64,000 nt of DNA from an uncultured archaeon (GTDB lineage: Archaea > Altiarchaeota > Altiarchaeia > IMC4 > SCGC-AAA252-I15). How positions within the stretch are numbered: position 1 is the stretch's first letter; each line of letters begins with the position of its first letter. Below, in pieces: positions 53,983-63,300 of this stretch. The stretch is taken from assembly GCA_964587725.1 (NCBI GenBank), contig CAZPLO010000004.1, forward strand, positions 16,323-80,322, in the 5' to 3' direction. Both the position numbers and the translations under genes were made by a program. The notes under the pieces are model-generated. The model was not told the DNA's origin, did not search any database, and saw only the letters and a list, made by a program, of their open reading frames with translations.

Positions 53983-55832
53983 GGTGTTGGACGGCCTTGG
54001 CTGTTTTGATGCTCGCAGCCTCGGCTGCGGCGGTGACTTCAGAGTTCGAAGCCGACAGCCTCTACCAGACCGCCGACTCGTTCTACAAGAGCGGAGACTA
54101 CGAGAACGCGTTGAAGAGCGCCCACTTATCCAGGAGAATCTACGAGGACATGGGGAACAGCTGGGGCGTGGACAGGGCCAACGCCCTCATCAACAACATA
54201 GAGTCTATGCTTTCGAAGAAGCAGCTGGCCGACACATACTACAACATAGCCGGCGACTACTTCCTGCAGACCCATCAGAACCCGGAGATAATGGACAGGG
54301 CGGTGAACATGGCCGGGAGGGCGAAAAGCCTTTATGAAGACCTCGGCGACTCATCCGGAGTACTGAAGTGCGAGGACCTTATTGAACGCGCCAACAACCG
54401 CATAGACGCCATATTCAACCAGTGCGTGAAGGAGGGGGACCAACTGTACCAGGACGCTCAGAGCAGCTTCTTCCTCCAGGAGTACGTGGACGCCCGGGAG
54501 TACGCTTTAATCGCAAGCGAGAAATACGCCAGCTGCCCGTACCAGCAGGGCATGGACAGGACAGACTCCCTGCTGTCGTCGATAAACGCGAAGATAAGAG
54601 AGATAAAGATAAACGCGCAGGCCAGCTACGACAAAGCCATAGACTACCTCGCCGAAGACGACTACGAACGGTGCAAGGAATATGCCGCATCCTCGCAGAG
54701 GCTGTTCCAGCAGATAGAGGATGACGAAGGCATCACCAGCGCGACCTCCCTGCTGACCAGATGCAACAGGGGCATCGTGGAGTGGGAGGAGGACATGGTG
54801 AGGCAGGCTGAGTCCTGCATGGCGGAGGCGCGGACATACTCCATAATACCCAACTGCCTCAACGCCACCGAGAAGGTCAGCTGCGCCAGAGACATCTACC
54901 AGGAACTCTACAGCTACTGGCGCGAAAGGGAGAAGGGACTGTCGGCACACCTGCAGGTTAAGACCGGATTATATCAGTCTTACCTCAGCGAAGTCAACGC
55001 ATTGAGTTCCAGCATAGACGCCACCTGCGGGGAGCAGAGGATGCTGGGGATAGCGGAGGACTTCTACCGGCAGAGCCAGGGATACTACCTCGAAAACGAC
55101 CTCAACGAGGCCATGTCCTACGCCAACAAGGCCAGGGAGCTTTTCGTCCAGTTCCAGAGATATGTGGGGATATCGAAGGTGGACTCCCTGATAGCGCAGA
55201 TAGAGGCGCGGATGAGGCAGCGGACGGAAGCGGATTCGTTTATGAAGAACGCGGAGTCATACTACACCACCGCAGCCTTCGAGGACGCGTTAATTGATGC
55301 TACCAAGGCCCGGACCATTTACTCGAACATGAAGGATGAGGAGAACATTCAGGCGGCGGAGGAGCTGATTGAGAGGATAAACAACGGCTCCCAGCGGCTG
55401 GACGCAGCCAACGGCCACTACAGCAGGGCCAGGAGCTATCTGGAGTCTGGGGACTACAGGAACGCCCTCGAATACGCGAGGCAGGCCGAGTCAGGGTATT
55501 CCGCAGTCAACTACACCCTCGGGGTCGCGGAGTCCCAGGCGATAATAGAGGAGAGCAGGGAGGCCTTGGCCGAGGACGAGGCCGCGTTCAGGAACACATT
55601 AATCATAATAGGGTTCATAGCGTTGGTGGCCGGCTTCCTGATTATACAGTTCATGCGCCGCCGGAGGATGATGGAGATGCAGTATGAGGAGCGGAAGGCC
55701 GAGGAGGAGGCTTTGACCAAGAGGCGTGACGAGGAATGGGCTCTCAGGAGAGAGGATGAGACCAAGACCCAGGTGGAGGACGAGCTCCGCAAACTCATAG
55801 AGGATGAGAGGAGCAAGGCGGAGGGGCCGTGA
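53979..55832 (+). CDS. Surface protein composed of about eight tandem 55-60-aa TPR-like helical repeats, with a C-terminal TM and charged tail
   Basis: ATGA overlap with the upstream gene. Signal MRCWTALAVLMLAASAAAV. Units such as YQTADSFYKSGDYENALKSAHLSRRIYEDMGNSWGVDRANALINNIESML and YYNIAGDYFLQTHQNPEIMDRAVNMAGRAKSLYEDLGDSSGVLKCEDLIERANNRIDAIF. Anchor LIIIGFIALVAGFLIIQFM, then a KR/E-rich tail. Confidence 0.65.
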   Translation: MRCWTALAVLMLAASAAAVTSEFEADSLYQTADSFYKSGDYENALKSAHLSRRIYEDMGNSWGVDRANALINNIESMLSKKQLADTYYNIAGDYFLQTHQNPEIMDRAVNMAGRAKSLYEDLGDSSGVLKCEDLIERANNRIDAIFNQCVKEGDQLYQDAQSSFFLQEYVDAREYALIASEKYASCPYQQGMDRTDSLLSSINAKIREIKINAQASYDKAIDYLAEDDYERCKEYAASSQRLFQQIEDDEGITSATSLLTRCNRGIVEWEEDMVRQAESCMAEARTYSIIPNCLNATEKVSCARDIYQELYSYWREREKGLSAHLQVKTGLYQSYLSEVNALSSSIDATCGEQRMLGIAEDFYRQSQGYYLENDLNEAMSYANKARELFVQFQRYVGISKVDSLIAQIEARMRQRTEADSFMKNAESYYTTAAFEDALIDATKARTIYSNMKDEENIQAAEELIERINNGSQRLDAANGHYSRARSYLESGDYRNALEYARQAESGYSAVNYTLGVAESQAIIEESREALAEDEAAFRNTLIIIGFIALVAGFLIIQFMRRRRMMEMQYEERKAEEEALTKRRDEEWALRREDETKTQVEDELRKLIEDERSKAEGP

Positions 55833-55834
55833 AT

Positions 55835-57277
55835 ATGATAGACAGTATAATGGACATCTCCAAGAGGAGGGGCATCGTCTACCCGTCCTTCGAAATATAC
55901 GGGGGAGTAAGCGGGTTCGTCGACTACGGACCCATGGGTTCGCGGATAAAACAGAACATAGAGGACCTGCTGCGGCGACACTATGTGGTCTGCCAAGGCT
56001 GCTTTGAAGTCCAGTGCCCCACGTTGAGTCCGGAGGATGTGTGGATTGCGTCCGGCCACGTCAACAGCTTCGCCGACGTCATGACGGAATGCAATAAATG
56101 CGGGGAATGCTTCCGCGCCGACAAACTCTTGTCCGGGGCGGGGGTGGAGGCTGAGGGTATGCCGCCGGAGCAGATGCATTCGCTGCTGGTGGAGAACAAA
56201 ATCGTGTGCCCCGACTGCGGGTGCGGGCTATCGGAGCCGTACGAATACAACCTCATGTTCCAGACCAGCATCGGCGCCGGCAAAGGCGGTAAGACAGGTT
56301 ACATGAGGCCTGAGACCGCGCAGTCCACGTACCTGGCGTTCAAGCGGCTGTGGGAGTTCGCCCGCAGGCGGCTGCCGTTCGGCGTCATCCAGATAGGACA
56401 CTCCTTCAGGAACGAGATAAGCCCCCGGCAGGGCATGATTCGGCTGCGAGAGTTCAACCAGGCGGAGATACAGTTTTTCATGGACCCCGAAGACAAGTCC
56501 GCGCCGGGGTTCTACGAGGTATTGGGGCGGAATGTCACGATAAAGGACAAGAACGACCGGATGCTGGAGACGACGCTGGGTGAGGCCCATGAAAAGGGCG
56601 TTATAGAGATACAGTTCATCGCCTACCAGCTGGGGAAGGCGTTGGATGCATTCGAGGACATGGGAATAGACCCGGGGAAGCTGCGGCTGCGGCAGCACCG
56701 CGACGACGAGCGCTCCTTCTACAGCAGCGACACTTGGGACGTCGAGTACGTGAGCGACGTGTACGGGGAGATAGAGATAGTCGGCATCGCAGATAGAACA
56801 GACTATGATTTGAAGCAGCACATGGAACACAGCAAGGAGAGGATGACTGTGTCTTATGATGGGCGGAAGTTCGTCCCCCACGTAGTCGAAGTAGCATACG
56901 GCATAGACCGTCCGATATACTGTGTCCTGGAGAGCTGCCTCCGCTCCGAAGAGGATAGGACAGACTACTTCGCGTTCCCCAAACAGGTGGCCCCGTATCT
57001 GGCTGGTGTTTTCCCTCTGGTGAGGAAAGACGGCATCCCAGAGAAGGCGGATGAAGTGTTCAAGTTGTTGACGGACATGGGCCTGTACGTGTTCTCGGAC
57101 CGCTCCGGAAGCATCGGGAAACGGTACGCCCGCGCAGACGAAATAGGGGTTCCATACTGCGTGACAATAGACTACGACACCCTCGAGGACGACAAAGTCA
57201 CCGTCCGCAACAGGGACAGCACAGAGCAGGAGAGGGTTAATGTGGAGGAACTTGGGAACTTCCTTCTGCACTTATAA
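55835..57277 (+). CDS. glyS: Glycyl-tRNA synthetase (alpha2 type)
   Basis: MIDSIMDISKRRGIVYPSFEIYGGVSGFVDYGPMG, RPETAQSTYLAFKRL...GVIQIGHSFRNEISPR and EIGVPYCVTIDYDT are co-linear with class II alpha2 GlyRS. The ATG lies 2 nt after the upstream stop; the track's GTG 55829 is an alternative. Confidence 0.85.
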   Translation: MIDSIMDISKRRGIVYPSFEIYGGVSGFVDYGPMGSRIKQNIEDLLRRHYVVCQGCFEVQCPTLSPEDVWIASGHVNSFADVMTECNKCGECFRADKLLSGAGVEAEGMPPEQMHSLLVENKIVCPDCGCGLSEPYEYNLMFQTSIGAGKGGKTGYMRPETAQSTYLAFKRLWEFARRRLPFGVIQIGHSFRNEISPRQGMIRLREFNQAEIQFFMDPEDKSAPGFYEVLGRNVTIKDKNDRMLETTLGEAHEKGVIEIQFIAYQLGKALDAFEDMGIDPGKLRLRQHRDDERSFYSSDTWDVEYVSDVYGEIEIVGIADRTDYDLKQHMEHSKERMTVSYDGRKFVPHVVEVAYGIDRPIYCVLESCLRSEEDRTDYFAFPKQVAPYLAGVFPLVRKDGIPEKADEVFKLLTDMGLYVFSDRSGSIGKRYARADEIGVPYCVTIDYDTLEDDKVTVRNRDSTEQERVNVEELGNFLLHL

Positions 57278-57300
57278 AGCGGCTATTTTAATGTTGATTA

Positions 57301-57873
57301 ATGATGATTCCCCTTATCCCGTCGGACAGCGGCGGCGAAGACCCTGTTGAGGAGATAGTCGGCACCACGACAGACGAGGTTGTGCTGGCTGTGACCTCGC
57401 CCATAAACTACTTCCCCCTCTACGTCAACACTCTGAAGATGCTCCTGAAGACGGAGCAGACAGGTGTGTGCGTGACCTTCAACCGCTCCGCGAAGGCGGT
57501 GGCCGACGTCCTCAAAAAGGAGGGGGTGGACATCAGCAGACTGTATTTCGTGGACTGCATATCCAAGGTGTCCGGCGTCAGGGACGAGGGCGAGAGGACA
57601 GAGTACGCGGAGAGCCCGTCGGCGCTGAGCAGCATAGGCATCGCCGTCAACGCCTCCCTGGAGAAGACGGGGGGCGGAGCATTCATAGTCTACGACTCCA
57701 TACCCACCCTCCTCATATACAACGACCTGGAGGACGTGCTGCAGTTCACAGACTACATCATAAACAAGATGCGGGAGAAGACGGGGAAGACCGTGATATT
57801 CGCCGTCGAGGAGGGAGATGTTAAACTGATGAATCATCTGATGCAGTCCTGCGACAAAGTGGTGAAGACTTAG
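57301..57873 (+). CDS. RecA/KaiC-superfamily-like domain protein without Walker A (hypothetical)
   Basis: 190 aa with alternating beta-alpha layout (VTFNRSAKAV..., YFVDCISK..., AFIVYDSIPTLL...). No GxxxxGK[ST] motif. Confidence 0.3.
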   Translation: MMIPLIPSDSGGEDPVEEIVGTTTDEVVLAVTSPINYFPLYVNTLKMLLKTEQTGVCVTFNRSAKAVADVLKKEGVDISRLYFVDCISKVSGVRDEGERTEYAESPSALSSIGIAVNASLEKTGGGAFIVYDSIPTLLIYNDLEDVLQFTDYIINKMREKTGKTVIFAVEEGDVKLMNHLMQSCDKVVKT

Positions 57874-59384
57874 GCGTAGCCTTTTGGGCGGACTTCACGC
57901 AGCAGCTGCTCCAACCGTTCGGTGGCGGAATCTATCATCCGGTGCCGGACAGCCCTCTTGTCCATGGAATCGTATCCCCTTTTTATGTTCTCAAAATCGC
58001 GGGCGAGCTTCACATCGCAGATGACCTTCTCCAACCACACGCTGAAGTCGTTGACGTCGCTGCGTAGGTGGTGGTCGAGCGAAGAAAGCTCCACCTGCTT
58101 CAGCGTGTTGTTGAACTCCCATAGACTCCGCGCCCTCAACCCCGTGTAGGATACGTGGTTGCCCTCGTTTTTGTTGAAGTAGAAGGCTTCCTCGGGGGTT
58201 AGGCTGCGGAGCGTCCACCGGGGTTCTGAACGCACCTCGTTCGCAGGTACGAACCTGCGGAGGGTTCCGTTGACCATGGTGTTGCAGTCGATTACCATGT
58301 TGGGCCATATCCTGGAGCCGTTGGCTACTGACACGTTCTCGTGCAGGAGGCATCCTCCGCCTATGAGGACGTCAGACTGTATCCTGTCGCCGGCCCCTAT
58401 CCTGCAGCCTTCCGCGATAACAGAGTTCATTATCTCGTTTCCGGAGCCCACCACGTTGTGCTCGTACAACACCGCGCTGGATAATAGAGTGTATCCTCTG
58501 ACTTCCGTGTGGGGTCCGAGGACAGTATATGGCCCGAGCACGCAGTCGCCCTCCACCTTGACGTTGTCGCCGAGCATGACCGGGCCTAGGAGGTGGGTGC
58601 GCGCTCCCAACTCCACGCCTTCGCCCAATACCACCGGACCCTCGATTCTGCCGCCGACGGACGCGGTGTCGTGTATGCTGGACTCCATCTTGGACATCAG
58701 CCAGCGCTTGGCGGTGTTGTATCCGCCGGGCCGGCCGGTGTCCACCCAGAAGCAGTCCTCAACAGACGCGAACAGGCTGTGCCGCTCCAGCAACACCGGA
58801 AACAGGTCCTTGGAGAAGTCGTAGAACGTGGCCGGCGGAACATGGTCGAGGGCCTCCGGCTCCATCACGTACACCCCCGTGTTCACCAGATTGATTATGC
58901 ACTCGTCCACCATCGGCTTCTCATAGAATTGTTTGATTCTGCCGTCATCCCGCAGCTCCATGACTCCGTAGTTCCACGGGTCCTCCACGGTCACCGCCCC
59001 CACGGTTGCGAGACCGCTGTAGTATCGGTGCTGCGTGAGAAGAGCGGTTAAGTCCATGTCGGTTACGGTGTCGCCCTGCATAACGATGAATGTGTCGTCG
59101 AAGTAGTCCTGTATGTTCTTCACCGACCCCGCGGTGCCGAGGGGCTGCTCCTCCACGGGGCATGTGAGTTTCACGCCCGCGTACTCGTCGCCGAAGAACT
59201 CATGAATCTTCTCACGAAGGTAGTTGGTTGTTATAGCCGCTTCTGTCACGCCGTGACGACTGAGGTGCTCTAGTATATGGGCTATGATGGGTTTGTTGAG
59301 CAATGGCAGAAGGGGTTTCGGCCGCGTGAACGTGAGGGGCCGGAGCCTGGTCCCGAATCCGCCCGCTAGGATGACAGCTTTCAT
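57870..59384 (-). CDS. Sugar-1-phosphate nucleotidyltransferase with left-handed beta-helix and extra C-terminal domain
   Basis: Internal ATG (MKAVILAGGFGTRLRPLTFTRPKPLLP). Hexapeptide repeats in the middle. A unique C-terminal domain of about 110 aa. The track's upstream extension is G/R-rich junk. Confidence 0.7.
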   Translation of the reverse strand: MKAVILAGGFGTRLRPLTFTRPKPLLPLLNKPIIAHILEHLSRHGVTEAAITTNYLREKIHEFFGDEYAGVKLTCPVEEQPLGTAGSVKNIQDYFDDTFIVMQGDTVTDMDLTALLTQHRYYSGLATVGAVTVEDPWNYGVMELRDDGRIKQFYEKPMVDECIINLVNTGVYVMEPEALDHVPPATFYDFSKDLFPVLLERHSLFASVEDCFWVDTGRPGGYNTAKRWLMSKMESSIHDTASVGGRIEGPVVLGEGVELGARTHLLGPVMLGDNVKVEGDCVLGPYTVLGPHTEVRGYTLLSSAVLYEHNVVGSGNEIMNSVIAEGCRIGAGDRIQSDVLIGGGCLLHENVSVANGSRIWPNMVIDCNTMVNGTLRRFVPANEVRSEPRWTLRSLTPEEAFYFNKNEGNHVSYTGLRARSLWEFNNTLKQVELSSLDHHLRSDVNDFSVWLEKVICDVKLARDFENIKRGYDSMDKRAVRHRMIDSATERLEQLLREVRPKGYA

Positions 59385-59485
59385 CTCTGGATACACCCAA
59401 CACCCCCATCGGATGCGAATAGGTAGTAATAGATGGGCGTGATGAAAATAAAAATCAAGGATATGAACGGGGTAATATGGGTTTT

Positions 59486-60367
59486 CTATAGTTCCCCGCC
59501 CGTTATCAGCCGGTAGGCTTCCACGTACTTGTCTGTGGTGCCCGCGACCACCTCGTCCGGCAGCTCCGGCGCAGGCGGCTCCTTGCTCCATTTGATGCTC
59601 TCCAGGTAGTCGCGGACGTACTGTTTGTCGTAGCTCTTCTGCGGACCGCCTGGTTCGTATGATTCTTTAGGCCAGAACCGGCTGGAGTCCGGCGTCAAAA
59701 CCTCGTCTATCAGCACGAGTTCTCCGTCGCGTAACCCGAACTCGAACTTTGTGTCCGAAACGATAATGCCCTTCTCCTCCACCTTCTTCGACGCTTCATC
59801 GAATATCCGGAGGGTGGCGTCCCGCATCTGTGCCGCGAGCCCCTTGCCCACTATCTCCTCCACCCGCTCATAGGTGATGTTGATGTCGTGTCCGCTCTCC
59901 GCCTTCGTCGCGGGCGTGAATATTGTCTCCGTCAGCTTATCCGACTCAACGAGTCCTTCGGGGAGTTCGATGCCGCAGATGGCGCCAGTCTCCTGATATT
60001 CCTTCCACGCGCTGCCAGCCAAATAGCCGCGGGCGACGCATTCTATCGGCAGCGGCTCCGTCTTGTCCACCAGCATGCTCCTGCCTTCGACGACGTCGCG
60101 GTGTTTCTGAACCTCCTCGGGCATCTCGTCCACGTCGATGGTTATCATGTGATTCGGGATTATGTCTTCCGTCTCCTGGAACCAGTAGGCGCTTATCTTG
60201 TTCAGCACCTCACCCTTACGGGGAATACCGTTCGGCAATACGGAGTCGAAGGCGCTAATCCTGTCCGACGCCACCATCAGCAACCTGTCATCCAAATCGT
60301 ATATGTCCCTCACCTTGCCCCTGCCGTGCAGTTTCAGCGGCAACTCGGTCTCCAACACAACATCCAT
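59486..60367 (-). CDS. purC: SAICAR synthetase
   Basis: LHGRGKVRDIYDLDDRLLMVASDRISAFD, characteristic of PurC. 293 aa. Confidence 0.85.
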   Translation of the reverse strand: MDVVLETELPLKLHGRGKVRDIYDLDDRLLMVASDRISAFDSVLPNGIPRKGEVLNKISAYWFQETEDIIPNHMITIDVDEMPEEVQKHRDVVEGRSMLVDKTEPLPIECVARGYLAGSAWKEYQETGAICGIELPEGLVESDKLTETIFTPATKAESGHDINITYERVEEIVGKGLAAQMRDATLRIFDEASKKVEEKGIIVSDTKFEFGLRDGELVLIDEVLTPDSSRFWPKESYEPGGPQKSYDKQYVRDYLESIKWSKEPPAPELPDEVVAGTTDKYVEAYRLITGGEL

Positions 60368-60399
60368 GGAATCAAATATGAAACAGGCTTAAAAAGTTT

Positions 60400-63300
60400 T
60401 CACATCTCCTTCAGTCTGCTGGGCTTCCCCCACCGAGGGGGGGTGTGGATGAACATGAAGAAGTAGTATCCCATGAGGGACATGAGGATTGTGAGTGCGC
60501 CGAGTTCAACTTCGTCGGCTGGGAACACCCGCTCGGGGACGGTGGATGTGGTGGTCGACGAGGTCGTGGTTGTTGTCGTGGAAGAGGTCGTCGAAGACGT
60601 CGTGGTCGTCTCCGGCTGCAGCGTCGTGGAAGTGGTGGTCGACGTAGTGGTTGTGGTGGTTGTTCCGAACACGTAGAGTGTGCCGTCGTCGCTGCCTACG
60701 GCAATCTCCAATACGCCGTCGTTGTTGATGTCCGCCACCGCGGGGGAGGAGCGGACGAACCCTCCGGTCTTATACTGCCACCTGGAGACTCCGGACGCGT
60801 TAAGTATGTAGATTCTGCCATCGTCACCCCCGAATATTATCTCCGGTGAGCCGTCGCGGTCTAGGTCAGCCAGCGCAGGAGAGGTGCGGATTGGGCCGTC
60901 TGTGGTGTACCTGAACAGGCGGCTGCCCGTCTTGTTAACCACATAGAGGTTGCCGTCGGTGGAACCCAGCGCCATCTCCAGTCCGTCGTCGTCGGCCAAA
61001 TCCGCGACTGCGGGGGAAGAATGCAGTTCCCCGCCTAATGGAATCTCCCATCTGGCGCGGAGGCGGGTTACGGAGACTCCCTCCCGGACGCAGCCTTCAG
61101 GCCCACACACCCGCTGATATGATTCCGTGCCAGCGGAGGACTGGTAGAGGTCGTATAATATGCCGTCAGCCGCAGCCACCAGAACGTCCGTCCTTCTGCT
61201 GCTGTATATGTTCGCTACTGTAGGGGCTGCGGTTACGTCCCCGTTGGTCTGGTACATCCACAGCTTATATGGGGGGGTGTTCAACGCATACAGTGTGTTG
61301 TCTCTGGACCCTATCATCACCTCCACTCCGCCTTCAGAGTCCAGGTCGCCGAAAGCAGGCGGAGACAGCACGTAGTCGGAGGCCGTGTAAGACCAGACCA
61401 GGCCTCCGTAATAATCTACCGCGTATATGTTCTTGTCGAAGCTGCCGAACACCACCTCCTTACCTGTTTTTCCGTCGACGTTCAACGCCTCAGGCGTTGA
61501 GGTCACTGGGCCGCGGGTCCAGTAGCTCCACATGAAGGCGCCGTCGGATTTGAACGACGTGACGCGGCCGTCTTCCGAGGCCACGAGGACTTCGGGGATT
61601 CCGTCGCCGTCGAGGTCGGATGCGGACACGCCGTTGACGCCGCCGACGAGAAACGCCCTCCACAGCAGTTCGCCTTCCGGGTCGATTGCGTAGACGTAGC
61701 CGTCGTAGCTGCCGAACACCGTCTCCAGTCGTCCGTCGCCTAGGCGGTCCAAATCCACCAGTATCGGAGGAGAAGCTATCCTGCCGCCGGTGCTGTAGTT
61801 CCACAGCACCGTGTAGTCTGCCAAATGCGGCTTCACCGGCGATGAGAGCATCCTGGCCAGGGAACCGTATCCCCTGAAGCCTGCAATGTCTTTGAGGGAG
61901 TGGTTGCTGTCGTAGTCGTCCCTGCACCGCCACGCCGCTGTGAGGTTGTATGGGCTGGTTTGGTATCCGCTTCTGACGTCGCACCCCCACTCCAACTCGG
62001 CCACCGGCAAAGGTATTTCATCGTTGCCGGTGGCCGTGCAGTTGAAGGACACGGTGAAGTCGGACACGTTGAACGGGTACTTGAAGTAGGATTTGTCGTG
62101 GGTGCGGTTGTAGTCGGTTTCGTTGAACGTGTTGAGGTAGTTGAGCATGGAGCGTAGGTTCCTGTCAGAATACCCCGTCGTATTGTAGGGTGTGCAGGTC
62201 CAGTTGCTGTACACCCTGTCCACAGGGTAACCCCTCCGCTCATAGTAGTAGCAGGTGAAGTTGAGCATCCAATCCCGTATTTTGAATGCAGTGGTGTTGG
62301 CTGAATCCCACAACACCATTACGTCGTCCATGGTGCGGTTGGAGGAGTTGAGTTCGCACCTCCACCTCAGCTGCCTGTCCCTGACGTCGAAGGAGTCGGT
62401 GAAGTCGAGGTAGCCTGTGCGGCGGCTGTTCTGCTGGAGCGTCGGCCACTCCCCCGCCACAGAGTATATTATGCCGTAGCGGTTGTTGCCTTCGTCCGAC
62501 TCTATGAGCTCGTCTTCCGGGTCGGCGATAACCTCTAGGATGTGTCTGCCGTACGACGCGTTCACAGTGTAGGTGAGGACTTCACTGCCTCCAGGCGCCA
62601 CGGTGACGTAGTCGACGTATTCTGTGTCGCGGTCGAAGTAGACTGTGACCGGGGTGTCCGCAGCCAACGCGCTGCCCGGGTTAGATAGCGTAACATCCAC
62701 CTTCACTGTGCCACCGGCTACGCCGACCGCAGGGTCGACGGTGACCTCCTCCACTGTCAGGTCGGCTGCGCCGCCGAAGGCTTGAATGTATGAGCCCGCC
62801 GGCACATACACGACACCGTTGTAGACTGCGGGCCGGTACCGTATCCTCCCGGAGGTGTTCAGACGCCAGATTATGTCGCCTGTGGACTTGTTCAACGCTA
62901 TCACGTCCTCGTCGGCGCCCACGTACACCGTGTCTTCGGCCGCCATCGGCGTATGGTATACGCTGCCGTTGACGTACGCTGTCCATTCTACGCCGCCGAA
63001 GTACGCGCTCAACGAGTACACGAAACCTTCACGGTCCGCGTACAGTACGCTGTCTCCGGAGACGACTGGTGAGCCGTATATTGTGCCGTTGGCGGTGTGG
63101 TTCCACAGCTGCTCCCCCGTGTACTTGTCCACTGCGTAGAGTCGTTTGTCGCTGGCTGTGAAGTAGACGATGTCCCGATATAATGCGGGGTTGGAGGTTA
63201 TTCTCCCGCGTATGCTGTATTTCCATATTGTCTCGCCTGTGGTGCGGCTGATGCAGTAGAGTGTGCTGCCGGCTCCGACGTAGAGTTTCCAGTCCTCCAG

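Noticed and set aside
56228-57271. 347-aa minus ORF inside glyS
   Set aside because: glyS is firmly identified by class II alpha2 GlyRS motifs. The antisense ORF has no features and a biased composition.
59385-59591. Upstream extension of the nucleotidyltransferase ORF (MEQGAACAGAAGRGGRG...)
   Set aside because: Gly/Arg-rich and precedes the conserved MKAVILAGGFG N-terminus. The real start is ATG at 59384.
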